Positions 40,101 to 52,553 of a DNA stretch of 64,000 nt are shown one piece after another. Source of the DNA: Chiloscyllium plagiosum. Its lineage: Eukaryota. The DNA lies in assembly GCF_004010195.1 (NCBI RefSeq), contig NC_057718.1:81291912-81355911 (forward strand), read 5' to 3'. How positions within the stretch are numbered: the first letter of the stretch is position 1; every line of letters starts with the position of its first letter. The notes below the pieces were generated by a model, which saw nothing but the letters and a program-made list of their open reading frames with translations, did no database searches and had not been told where the DNA came from. Made by a program: the position numbers and the translations under genes.

Positions 40101-40429
40101 GCCATGGTGATATTAGCTTTTGGACTGGATTACTTTGCATATTATAAGTATATTTTTCTAATTAAGGATTGCCATGTACAAGTCTGTGCTGGATTTTCTT
40201 ATGTTTTCTATTATTCCTTTGGCAATTTTCATTACAGCTTCAGCCCTTCTAATTGATGAGGGATAGTGTGGCATCAAGCATAGTTTTGAATTTCCCAATT
40301 CTTTATGAAATATCTGAATTGGAAGTTATTATTACTTATCACAATATCACTAATATAATTACAACAGGAGTGTCCTTTAGGGCACTGTACACTCTCATTG
40401 GTAGTCATTCATGTCAGCTGCTCCAACTC

Positions 40430-41245
40430 ATGGAAACAGATCCTTCAGTCCAACCAGTCCATGCCGATCATGTTCCCAAATTAAACTATTTCCATCTGTT
40501 TTGCTTGACCCGTATCCCTCCAAACCTTTCTCCCAAATGTCTTTTAAATGTTGTAATCATACCTGCATCCACCACTTTCTCTGGTAGTTAATTCCACATC
40601 TGAACCACTTTCTATTTTTCTCCTCACATCTTAAACAAATGCCCCCTGGTTTTGAACTTGTCACCCTCGTGAAAAGAGACTTGTCATTTGATTTATCTGT
40701 ACCCCTCATGATTTTATGAACTTCAATAAGGTCACCCCTCAACCTCCTATGCTCCAATGGAAATAAACCCCAGCCTTTCAAATCTACTTTCATATCTCAA
40801 ATCCTCCCTTCCCAGAAACATCCTGGTAATTTTTTTCTGAGCCCTCTCTAGTTTAATAATATCCTTTCTATAATAGGGTGTTCAGAACTTCACACAGTAC
40901 TGCAGAAGAGGGCTCACCATCCTTTACAACCTCAACACAATGCCCCAATTCCGATACTCAAAGGTCTGAGCAATGAAGGCAGGTGTACTAAATGCCTCCT
41001 TAACCACCCTGTCCACCTAGGATGCAAATTTCAAAGAATTATATTCCTAACCCCTAGGTCTCTCTGTTCTACAACATTATCCAGGGCCCTTCCATTAATT
41101 GTATAATTCCTGTCCTTATTTGTATTTCAAAAATGCAATGAACTGCAATTATCCAGCAGTATAGCTCCCAGGCTTCTCCTTACAGTCTTTCTTAAACAGT
41201 GGCACAACATTAGCCACCTTCCAGTCCTCTGATACTTCACCCATG
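40430..41245 (-). mobile_element. CR1 LINE 3' fragment
   Basis: LEHRRLRGDLIEVHKIMRG on the minus strand. Confidence 0.85.
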
Positions 41246-41414
41246 TTTACAGTGTGATGATGCTGCTTCTTTAACAAGGTTATGTTGCATTTGTTTTTAG
41301 TTCATCCACATTTGATGCCTACATTTGATGAGTAGGATGTAGAAGCCTTTTTCATTTCATTTGAAAAGGTTCCGAAACAAATAACCATGTGAGCTTTCTT
41401 GATCCAAACAAAAC

Positions 41415-43775
41415 TTGGAGGGAATCCTGGGGTACAGGATTTACATGTATTTGGGAAGACAAAGACTGATTAGGGATAGTGAACATGGCTTTGTACGTGG
41501 GAACTCATGTCTCACGAATTTGAATGCGTTTTTTGCAGAAGTAGTGAAGAGAATTGATGAGAGCAGAGCAGTAGACATGATCTATATGAACATCAGTAAG
41601 GCGTTCGACAAGCTTCCTCGTGTTAGATTGGTTAGCAAGGTTAGATCATATAGAATACAGGGAGAACTAGTCATTTGGATACAGAACTGGCTCGAAGACA
41701 GAGGATGGTGGTGGAGGGTTGCCTTTCAGATTGGAGGCCTGTGACCAGTGGAGTGTCACAAGGATCAGTGCTGGGTCCACTGCTTTTCGTCATTTATATG
41801 AATGATTTGGATGTGAACATAGCAGGTATAGTTAGTAATTTTGCATGTTACCAAAATTGAATGTGTAGTGGACAGCAAAGAATGTTACTTCCGAGAACAA
41901 CAGGATCTTGATCAGATGGGCCAATAGGCTGAGAGGTAGCAGATGGAGTTTAATTTTAGGTAAATGTGAGATGCTGCATTTTGGAAAGGCAGATCAGAGC
42001 AGGATTTATACACTTCAAAGTTTGTGAGAAGATTTGTAGCTTGGGTGCTCGTTGTTGTAGTTCTGTTCGCCGAGCTGGGAATTTGTGTTGCAGATGTTTC
42101 ATCCCCTGTCTCAGTGACATCCTCAGTGCTTGGGAGCCTCCTGTGAAGCGCTTCTGTGATGTTTCCTCCGGCATTTATAGTGGTTTGAATCTGCCGCTTC
42201 CGGTTGTCAGTTCCAGCTGTCCGTTGCAGTGGTCGGTATATTGGATCCAGGTCGATGTGCTTATTGATTGAATCTGTGGATGAGTGCCATGCCTCTAGGA
42301 TTTCCCTGGCTGTTCTCTGTTTGGCTTGTCCTATAATAGTAGTGTTGTCCCAGTCGAATTCATGTTGCTTGTCATCTGCGTGTGTTGCTACTAAGGATAG
42401 CTGGTCGTGTCGTTTCGTGGCTAGTTGGTGTTCATGGATGCGGATCGTTAGCTGTCTTCCTGTTTGTCCTATGTAGTGTTTTGTGCATGGGATTTTGTAC
42501 ACTACATTGGTTTTGCTCATGCTGGGTATCGGGTCCTTCGTTCTGGTGAGTTGTTGTCTGAGAGTGGCTGTTGGTTTGTGTGCTGTTATGAGTCCTAGTG
42601 GTCGCAGTAGTCTGGCTGTCAGTTTGGAAATGCTCTTGATGTATGGTAGTGTGGCTAGTCCTTTGGGTTGCGGCATGTCCTCATTCCGTTGTCTTTCCCT
42701 TAGGAAGCTATTGATGAAATTGCGCGGGTATCCATTTATTCGCCAAAACTCTGCCGCTTCCACTCACATGCAGATGACAAGCAACATGAATTCGACTGGG
42801 GCAACACTACTATTATAGGACAAGCCAAACAGAGAACAGCCAGGGAATTCCTAGGGGCATGTATAGAGTGTCTGGATCTGCTGATCAGGTGTTTCAGTTT
42901 CTGCTGTAGTTCTTTAGCCAGTTTGTGTGATGATGTCCCTGGTAGTGATACTATTGGTCTGAGTGGGATGTCTGGTTTGTGCACTTTAGGTAGTACTTTA
43001 CTATCTAAAGTGCACAAACCAGACGTCCCACTCAGACCAACACAAATTCCCAGCTCGGCGAGCATCTATACACTTCATGGTAAAGTCCTGAGGAGCGTTC
43101 TGAACAGTGAAACCTTGGAGTGCCAGTGTTCATAGTTCCTTGAAAGTAAAGTTGCAGGTATATAGAATAGTGAAGAAGGCATTTGGTATGCTTTCCTTTA
43201 TTGGTCAGAGCATTGAGTACAGGAGTTGGGAGGTCATGTTGCGGCTGTCCAGGAAATTGGTTAGGCCACTTTTGGAATATTATGTGCAATTCTGGTCTCC
43301 TTCCTATTGAAAAGATGTTGTGAAACCTGAAAGGGTTCAGAAAAGATTTACAAGGATGTTGCCAGGGTTGGAGGATTTGAGCTATAGGGAGAGGCTGAAT
43401 AGGCTGGGGCTGTTTTCCCTGGAGGCTGAGAGGTGATCTTATAGAGGTTTATGCAATCCATGAGGGGCATGGATAGGTCTTTTCCCTGAGGTGGGGGAGT
43501 CCAGAACTGAAGGGCATGGGCTTAGGATGAGGGGGTAAAGATATAAAAGAGACCTAAGGGGCAACTTTTTCATGCAATTGGTGGTGCATGTGTGGAATGA
43601 GCTGCCAGAGGAAGTGATGGAGGCTGGTACAATTTCAGCATGTAAAAGGATATGTGAATGGGTAGGGCTAAGAGGGATATGTGCCAAGTGCAGGCAAATG
43701 GGACTAGATTAGTTTAAGATATCTGGTTGGCATGGACGAGTTGGACTGAAGGGTCTGTATCCGTGCTGTGACTCT
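41415..43775 (+). mobile_element. 5'-truncated CR1 LINE (RT to 3' end) split by a Penelope insertion
   Basis: [39 protein letters not shown]; resumes at 43078 with KKAFGMLSFIGQSIEYRSW. Confidence 0.9.
42018..43066 (-). mobile_element. Rearranged Penelope-like element (GIY-YIG endonuclease, RT scraps, terminal repeat)
   Basis: NVVYKIPC..HYIGQTGRQLTIRIHEH...REILEAWH...INKH; PKVHKPDIPLRPIVS; 11-bp TSD tatacacttca at 42007-42017 and 43067-43077. Confidence 0.9.
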
Positions 43776-43947
43776 AAGGTCAAGTTTTGCTCCTCCTGTA
43801 GTTGGAATATTTGCATATTGATAAAGAAAATTTTCTTGAACGCATTTAACAAATTCTCCACCCTCCAGACTTTAACCTTAGGACAGTCCCAGTCAATGTT
43901 TTGGAAATTAAAATCCCTTACTATTACAACCTTACTGTTCTAACATC

Positions 43948-45066
43948 ACGTATATACTCCAGTAATAGTCAAATGTTTTTGACTGCTTAGAGTCATAGAG
44001 ATGTACAGCATGGAAACCTTCGGTCCAACCCGTCCATGCCGACCAGATATCTCAACCCAATCTAGTCCCACCTGCCAGCACCCGGCCCATATCCCTCCAA
44101 ATCCTTCCTATTCATATACCCATCCAAATGCCTCTTAAATGTTGCAATTGTACCAGCCTCCACCACTTCCTCTGGCAGCTCATTCTATACCCCTACCACC
44201 CTCTGTGTGAAAAGATTGCCCCTTAGGTTTAGGGTGAGAGGGGAAAGATATAAAAGAGACCTATGTCCTCTAGTTCTGGACTCCCCAACCCCAGGGAAAA
44301 GACTTTGCCTATTTACCCTATCCATGCCCCTCATAATTTTGTAAACCTCTAAGGTTTAAAATCCCTTACTATTACAACCTGATTGTTCTAACCTCAGCCT
44401 CCGATGCTCCTGGGAAAACAGCCCCAGCCTGTTCAGTCTCTCCCTATACCTCAAATCCTCCAACCCTGACGACATCCTTGTAAATCTTTTCTGAACCCTC
44501 TCAAGTTTCACAACATCTTTCCAATAGGAAAGAGACCAGAATTGCACGCAATATTCCAACAGTGGCCTAACCAATGTCCTATACAGCCGCAACATGACCT
44601 CCCAACTCCTGTACTCAGTACTCTGGCCAATAAAGGAAAGCATACCAAACACCACCTTCACTATCCTCTCTACCTTTTTAAGGTTAAATTTATGGGGTCA
44701 CCTATTGCATGAATACTACTTTTGAGATGCTGAAATTCATGCCTGTCAAAATTCATACCGTATCATTAGCAGAAGCCCAACTAATTCTCAAAATGAATAA
44801 AGAAGAAAAAAGAATTACAATAATTCTGAAAACCCAGTGCGGAGCACAGCAGCCAGCAGAATGGAAAACCAGGAGCAGAGCAGAACAATCGGCAGACTGG
44901 AAAACTGGAGCTGGATGTGATAGCCGACTCATAAACGTTGATCTGTTATCTGTGAAGAACTAGGGTCGACGTTCACATGCAATATATGGAAAACTACAGA
45001 TTATTCGGCCAAAAATATGGGGTCGACCTTTAAATGAGATCGACTTTTACTCGAGTATATTCAGTA
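43948..45066. mobile_element. Non-autonomous Tc1/mariner (Tc2-like) DNA transposon
   Basis: Imperfect TIRs: cgtatatactccagtaatagtcaa (left) and tcgacttttactcgagtatattcag (right). Confidence 0.65.
43988..44674 (-). mobile_element. Young CR1 3' end nested in the Tc2-like element
   Basis: FGMLSFIGQSTEYRSWEVMLRLYRTLVRPLLEYCVQFWS...; tail ends ctatgactcta. Confidence 0.9.
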
Positions 45067-45954
45067 TATTTGAGATTTCTCCACATATGTCCTTCTCAAT
45101 TTCGCTCCAACTCTTTTGGGGGACCTATAGTACAATTCCCAAAAAAGTGATCATCCCTTTTCCTATTTCTAATTTCATTTCATGTAATACCACAGAAACA
45201 TCTTTTCAAATTACAGTAATAATGTTTCCCTTAATCAAACATGTCACACCCCCTCCTCTCTTGCCTCTCCTCCTATTCTTCCTTTCACATGTAAAACCTG
45301 GAACACTGAGCTGCCAATTCTGATCATAGCTCAGCCAAATTTTTATAATAGCTATGACATCCTCGTCCCTTTCTCCCATACATGCCCTGAGTTCATCTGC
45401 CTTACCTGTAAGACTTCTTGCATTGAAATAAATGTAGTCTAATTCTTCAGAGTTACTTCATTTTCTGACTTGCTTTTGTCTGTCTTGTCTAATTAACTTG
45501 CAGTTTTCTTATCTTATTTTCTCATTTTACTTCTCAGTTTTCACTCTTTCTTGGGAAACCCCCAACTCTCCCCACCATCCCGCATGACCCTTTGACAATA
45601 TGCTGCAAATGTTTTGAGATGTCCTTAACTCTGGCACCAGGAAAGCAACTATTCTATCCTAGATTCACACTCACTGCCACACAATCTCCTGTCTGTGACT
45701 CTGACAGGACAGTCCACTGTAACAATTATTCTTTTAAATGTTGACAAACTCTGTTTAATACAAGATTCATTCTTAGTGCCCAAAATCTGACAATCCTTTT
45801 GTATTTCCTCAGAGAGACAATTTCAACAGCAGCCAAAAAGGAAAATCTGTTTGAGAGCGGAATAAGTGCAGGAGACTTCTAAATGACCTTCACACCTTTC
45901 CTGACAATCAACCATCTATCTGACTGACTTACTGCATAATCATTTGTTTTTAAT

Positions 45955-46265
45955 CGAACCCCTACCATGTGGAAAAGGCCATTTGGCCTAACAAGTCCAC
46001 ATCGGCCCTTTGAAGAGCATGCCACCCAGACCACCCCACTACCCTGTAACCCTGCATTTCCCATGGCTAATCCACTTAACCTACACGCCTCTGGACACTG
46101 TGCAATTTAGTATGGCCAATCAACCTAGTCTGCACATCTTTGGGATGAAACAGGAGCACCCAGAGGAAACCAATACAGACTGAAGGAGAATGTGCATACT
46201 CGACACAGACAGTCGCCTGAGGCTAGAATTGAGCCTGGATCCTTGGTGCTGTGTGGGCCACAGTG
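45955..46265 (-). mobile_element. HE1-like SINE
   Basis: Reverse-complement V-SINE core and tail. Confidence 0.8.
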
Positions 46266-47096
46266 CTGTCCCAATCTACTTCCCTACTTCTCTAAATCTA
46301 CTTATTATCGCACTGTGTCTCTTGTATGCCCTCAGTGACATTAAGCCTAAAAAAGAAGCTCTAAATAGTGTCTTATATATAAAAATAAACTACCTTTCCT
46401 TCCCCACAGATTTAATATTAAGCATGAAAAAAAAACAGATTTAAATTTATAAATATTAAAAAGAAATCAAATGCTTCACTGAACAAACAAAAACACTCCT
46501 TCTCAAATTATCCAACATTCTGCTTTCAGTCTCCAGATTAAAAAAAAATCTGTCTCCAGAGACATCCATATGTAGGTCTATCCACGAGCTCCATCTAAAA
46601 ACAATCTCTCCTTCACGTACATTTTATAACGTAAATTGCTTGTCAAAAACTTCTAAAATTGTTCTGCAGATCAAAACTCAACAAGTGCAAACCCCATGGT
46701 GTTGAAATAAATCTCTGCTTTGCAATTGTAAAACAAAACTTTCTATTGTGTTTGTTTTATTTGGACTTAAACTTTTATATTTCAAAAAATATAAAACATG
46801 AGAAAAACGTCTCTCTCTAGATCAATAATTGACAAACACGTGGCGGCCTCACCAACATTAACTCAGTTTAAAAGAAATAAATCAATACTTTGTGTTTTCT
46901 TTGTAAATATTTGGATTACAAGAATTCAAAACTGATTCAAAATAAGAATCTTGTGATTCTGAAATGTGGAAAAAGAAACCATAAGAATTATACAAAAAAG
47001 CCTGCAAGTCAGGAGCAGCTAGAATATCCACACTACTCTCAATCCACCAGTAATTCCCCAGTAGTCAGACTAGTAGTGAGAAGATTATCACACCGT

Positions 47097-47400
47097 GGGG
47101 CAGCACTGTGGCTCATTGGTTAGCACTGCTGCCTCACAGCGCCAGGGACCTAGGTTCGATTCCAGCCTCTGGCAACTGTATGTGTGGAGTTTGCACATTC
47201 TCCCCGTGCCTGCGTGCGTTTCCTGCGGGTGCTCTGGTTTCCTCCCACAGTCCAAAGATGAATTGGCCATGCTAAATTGCCCGTAGTTAGGGTGCATTAG
47301 TTAGGGGGAATGGGTCTGGGTGGGTTGCTCTTCGGAGGGTTGGTGTGGATTGGTTGGGCTGAAGGGCCTGTTTCCATATTGTAGGGAATCTAATCTAATC
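47097..47400 (+). mobile_element. Near full-length HE1-like SINE
   Basis: A-box tggctcattgg, B-box ggttcgattcc, V-SINE core, tail with (aatct)n. Confidence 0.9.
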
Positions 47401-47404
47401 AATT

Positions 47405-48440
47405 CCTGCAAGTACAAAGAAATCTATTTCAAGTTTCGTTCATGATCTGCGTGAGATGTCATCTTTTATAGGCAAATTATAAGCCTGGTTAGCTTGATAT
47501 TATGAGTGTTAAGCTGTCTGATGTGGTCCTTAATACATAGCTCATGTCTGGCCAGTACACTGCTTATTTTGGCTTTCTTTAGATTAGACTCCTAATGTTT
47601 TGTATGGATGCACTTCATCCCATTTGTCCTCTCTAAGAGAATGAGGACTCTATTTCCTTTGTGCAGATAATATCCTGGGCTATCAATTCATCACTGTATG
47701 CTGGATACTCTTTGATACCACCAAGTGTAACCTTGATATGTTCATGTCATAATTTCATCATTACTTTTGGGATAGGCAATAAGCGCTGGCCTAGCCAGCT
47801 ATGCCCTCATCCCATGAATGAATAGGATGCAGCACTGAGAGTTGCATGCGATTGAATAGTTTGCTTGATTTGATCAAGATGTTTTTATTTCAGATTCAAT
47901 GCCTCAGCTGAGTTGAAAAAATTCCAGAGCATGTAGATCTGTTGCTTCATGTTCAATCTGGAAGATTTCATAATTTGTTTTACCAGCCTCAACTCTCTTC
48001 ATCAGGAGTGCTGCTCTCAGCAGCTTATCAACAACGTACACTAATTTCCTTGCTTTTTTGTTACATCTGGATAGTGCATCTGCAAATGAAATCATTTTCT
48101 TTGCAGACTCCATAGAAGAGAGAGAAACAGTTTGAGGAAGATACTTTGAAGTGGCTTGTCGTTTGACCGAACTGTCACATTGTCTCTTTGAATCAACTGT
48201 TGCTTAAAGTGCTCACAAGCAAAGATAATAGCCACGTGCTGTTTCTTTATCTGAGAGTGGCATGTTTACGTTTGCATTAAAACCCTGGATGCAGCTGAAC
48301 TGATTGTCCTTGAGTCATATGGGTTCTTCCAAGTCCTGTTTCACCACCAACATACTGCAAAGTATCTTCATCATTGACATCATAGTACCTCAACACTAGC
48401 ATTGTTGTCGCTAGTTGTTTGACTTGTGGAAACTGATTTG
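47405..48440 (-). mobile_element. Decayed Gypsy LTR-retrotransposon pol (RNase H to integrase zinc finger)
   Basis: VKQLATTMLVLRYYDVNDEDTLQY..ETGLG, CEHF..., KPLQSIFLK, FADALSR. Confidence 0.75.
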
Positions 48441-48454
48441 TACTATACCCAATA

Positions 48455-48870
48455 CCATTGTGCATCCTTATTATCTTCCTATTTCTGGCCTCACAAGCAC
48501 GTGGTACAGGGAGTAATCCTGAGATTAAGGCCCAAGAGATCCTGCTTTTCAACTTTTTATCTAATTCCCTCAATTCCTTTTGCAGGACCAACTCTTTGTT
48601 CCTGGCCATGTCTTTAGTACCAGCGTGGGCCATGACCTCTGGCTGCTTACCCTCTACAACCGAACGTACTTAGGAGACATCCTTGACTCTGGCACCAGGG
48701 AGGTAACTTACCATCCTGGAGTCTTGCTCATGGCCACAAAAATATCTGTCCTGCCTCTGGCTCTACAGTCCCCTATCACTCCTGCTTGCCTCGCTTTGAT
48801 CTTCCTGCTGTACAACAGAACCAGTTGTACTGACATTGATTTGCTGCTGCTTTTGTTTTTCCCTGGGAGG
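48455..48870 (-). mobile_element. CR1 ORF1 esterase remnant
   Basis: HAGTKDMARNK...LRELDKKLKSRIS..ISGLLPVPRA. Confidence 0.75.
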
Positions 48871-51374
48871 CTATAAGAATGGAATCAGGCAAGGGTGATA
48901 AAAAGGGCTGCACAGTGAAACAGTACACCGTGGAGGACTGGGCAGTAATGTAATGCAGCAACTGCAGGGGATGCGTATATTGAAAACTGTCTTGAAAAAA
49001 TCAATAGTCAACAATATTGATGCGTGTTTTAACTAAATGACTAATAAGTGATTGTTAGCAGCTAAGGAGGTAATTGGCAATCATCTTATTTCTTGAACAA
49101 AGCTGAGATTTCTCTTTCCATTCCCAAACCATTCCTCCAGAAGCCTTCTAAGAATCTATTCACATTCCCTTGTGTTTTTCATTTACATGCTGCCCCTTGT
49201 TTTGTTTTTTTCAAGATGGTGGTGGTGGCTGCGGCAGGATAGGAAGTGTTTGGTTCTCTGCCCTGTTCCCAGTCTGCTGGCCAGCCGCATTCTTTTTGTT
49301 TTTTTTTTATTTCTTCATTTCTCTTTTGTATTAAAATTCACCTTGTCTTTTTATCTGTGGCTGTGGTAGAGGCAGACGGTTGCAAAGGCCTTCTGTAGAA
49401 ATGGTACCATGGTAGATTCTGACATCTGTTCCTCATGGCCATAGTGGCAATGGCTTCATCAAAGACTTCATCGGTGTGTCTGGCCTGTTCCATCTGGCAG
49501 CTTCACTAGTGGCTATGGCATTGTCGACAAAATAGTTTGGTTTCTTTTCCATGGCATTGACAGCAAAATGGTGGCTTTGGGTGGCAAGTGAAGTGGCAAT
49601 AGTGACTTGGTGGGTCTGGTCTGTATCTGCTCGCTAAAGTGGTTTCGGTGTTGGCTTTGGTGGTGGCAGTGTGGTGGGTTTGGGAATCCTAAAATCCTTG
49701 CTTTGGCAGCTTTGGAGTGGTTTTGATGGTGGCATCCTGTAACTACTCCAGAAACACAGGAGCTATGGAGGGAACAAAAAATAAACTTGGTCCTAATTTT
49801 GTTTCAGTTATTTCTCTTTATAATTTCTGTAATTAAAATGGAGCTGAATTGTATTTTCATTAATACAAGTGACAATAAATTGCTATTCTGTGTCACCTGA
49901 AAGCAAAAAAGTAGGTTCCTTATATGCACTGATTATATTCAGCTCCATGACACTTCCACTTCTCCTGACTTCTCCACTGTTTCTGATACAATAGATTGTA
50001 GAAGGTTCATTTCCAAGATACTTTAGTTTAATATCCTTATCAATTGCTACAATAATCACTGCAGTTAATATAATGGCACTTATTCGATAAATTTCCAAGA
50101 TGCCAAAAATGCCTTCTAAAATATTTGAATTCAAATTCGGTTATAGCTGAAGATTTTAATAATATCAGGTGCAACAAATATCTTAAGTTTGCATAGTATT
50201 AGTAAAACAGAATTGCATTCATTGCTTCAATCCAATCCCACACAAAGTTATACAAACCACTTATGCAATGCGATAAATGTACCAATTTATACATAAAATG
50301 TAGAATTCAATGCAGGTTGTGGAAAAGAACTATTAGTTTACAAAGGAGTAATCTATTTCGAATAAATGTATAACATTATAGAAATGGAAGGCAACTCGTA
50401 TTTGTAAATTATCAAAAATATTCTAGAAATTGAGAATAAAGTTTTTAAAAAGTTCAATTCAAATTTATTTAATTGGTATTCTAATAATTGAACATTTTGG
50501 ATCCTGATGTATTCTTTGAATTTGGGATATTATCGTTGATGTCTGTATGGTCTATGGAGTTGCATGAGAACAGGCTCACATCTGTGGGTTACTTTAATAC
50601 TGCTTGAAAGCGCTTCAAAGTGCTTCACATGCAGTGCTTGTGGCAAACACAACACCAAATTGGAAATAATGAGACAAACAATCCATAAATTGCTTTTTTT
50701 TATTAGTGTTATTTGATGGAGCAAGAGTGATATGGGGATAACCATACAGGCTTCTACTTACACATTGTTCAACAATAGTCTCCACCTATTTGTAGGTATT
50801 GACTCTCTGAATGAAAATTCTGGTACCTTTTCAGGTAATCCCTGCTATGAGCAGTCTACGTAGATAGAAATCAGTTCTATATTTTATTCCTAGAGCCATC
50901 TTAAGGGTTCAAAGACAACAATGACCTGAAATTTACCCTTGTACATGTGTATATAAAATCAAGAGCTAGACCAGTACATAGTGTGCAAATTATCAACAGT
51001 ATTTGAGTGATGCCTCTTTCAAGTACAGTATGCATGGTCATTCATCAGGTTGTGTGGCACAGTGGTGATGTCCCTACCTTTGAGCTGGGAGATCTCAAAT
51101 TCCATGGGTTCAAGACCCATTTGCCCCAGAGGTGTGCAATGCCAACTCTGAAAATGTTATGATACAATAGTTATCCAGTCATTCATGGACATTACAACAG
51201 AACTGACAATTTGTGAACAAATTGTAATTGTATAGCAATTCTAACATAGTAAAACGCCCTAAAGCAGTAAAGCTTTAGAGTTTAAGATACACAGAAAATA
51301 AGTTGTACTATATTGCACCTTCACAATGAACCAATGGCCAAATCACTTAACCAGAGAAGTACTTTTGCAGAAGC

Positions 51375-51677
51375 AATTCTAGGGTTTGATTCCAACCTCA
51401 GGAGACTTTGTGTGGAGTTTGCACACCCTCCCCATGTCTGCATAGGTTTCCTCCAGGTGCTCCAGTTTCCTCCCACTGTCCAGAGATATGTAGGTTAGGT
51501 GAATTGGCCATGCTAAATTGCCTATAGTGTTCAGGGATGCGTAGGCTAGGTGCATTAGTCAGGGGTAAATGTAGAGTAATAGTGTAGGGGAACGAGCCTG
51601 GCGTTGGTGACTCTTTGGAGGGTTGATGTGGACTTGTTGGGCCGAAGGGCCTGTTTCCACACTATAGAGATTCTATG
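51375..51677 (+). mobile_element. HE1-like SINE, 5' truncated
   Basis: V-SINE core and tail ending gattctatga. Confidence 0.85.
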
Positions 51678-52334
51678 AAAACGTGGCAAGACTTCAGGCT
51701 TCTCTTAAATTTTACAATTTTTTTTGCCCCCTTAATGCTATTAATCCCCACTGCTATTTGTCTGGTGAGGAGCATCTTCATGACGTCATTGCAAAGTTGT
51801 TCAAACATTCTAAAGCCCTTACACACAGTACTTAACTTCTTGGAGGGCAAAATGTAACGTTTACTAATTTCCAGGTACAGATGGCTCGTTAGAGAATAAT
51901 TCAGTTGTAGTTTTGCATTAGAATGCACATTGATTATATCATAATCTAAAAAACTCTGATATATTCATGTGACCTTTTTAACTTGTGAAGAATCAGTCAT
52001 ATTAAGGGTCATATCACTCATATTAACTTGTGAAAAATCATTCCTCATGTTCAGCAAGTTGCAAGGAAAGAATGTGCAATATAACTTTCTGTAAAGAGAA
52101 GGCAATCACAGTAGTTTCAGTCTTAATTTTTTTTATGTTGAGGCAAATAATCAGCAAATTGTTTACTTATGATAACATATTACATTAAGTTCTTACATGG
52201 ATTTTCAGGAAATTAGGTGCAAGTTATGTTTTTCATATTTGTGGAAATAATTCTTCAAAAATCAGTTTAATGTTGTATTGTTTTTTATAAGGAGGCATTT
52301 CACTATGTATTTTGGTTAATGCATAGACAACTAC

Positions 52335-52553
52335 TGAAACAACTCCACAGAAGCTGGTATCCATCATCAAGTCACCCTTTATTTACACCCGAACTGTCTT
52401 TGACTTTAGAGTCAGGTCCCAGAGTGGCAGTATCTCTGATAATCTCCTTGTTTGTACATCAGCCAGGGCTCCCTAATTGGGGATGTTAAGCTAGTCCAAC
52501 CAGGGAACTCATATTCTGAGGTCCAGCTGGCTGATCTTGTCGCAGTCACTACA
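52335..52553. mobile_element. Solo-LTR-like repeat (paralog of 35650-35882)
   Basis: Direct similarity to 35666-35882. Confidence 0.6.

Larger units (their letters stand above)
43780..45880 (-). mobile_element. Older CR1 fragment (ORF1 end and ORF2 endonuclease) hosting nested insertions
   Basis: Minus-strand GDFNFQNIDWD, KRGGGVTCLI and ELRAW-like endonuclease motifs on both sides of 43948-45066. Confidence 0.7.

Noticed and set aside
41912..42763. 283-aa ORF, the longest in the window, as a host or domesticated nuclease gene
   Set aside because: It is a truncated Penelope GIY-YIG fragment that starts at a rearrangement junction and reads through into antisense CR1
47097..47170. tRNA gene
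   Set aside because: The A and B boxes belong to a SINE head that continues into the V-SINE core; no complete cloverleaf
49210..49870. Possible non-autonomous LINE derivative ending in gtgacaataaa
   Set aside because: Single copy in the window with no coding remnant or TSD; too weak to call
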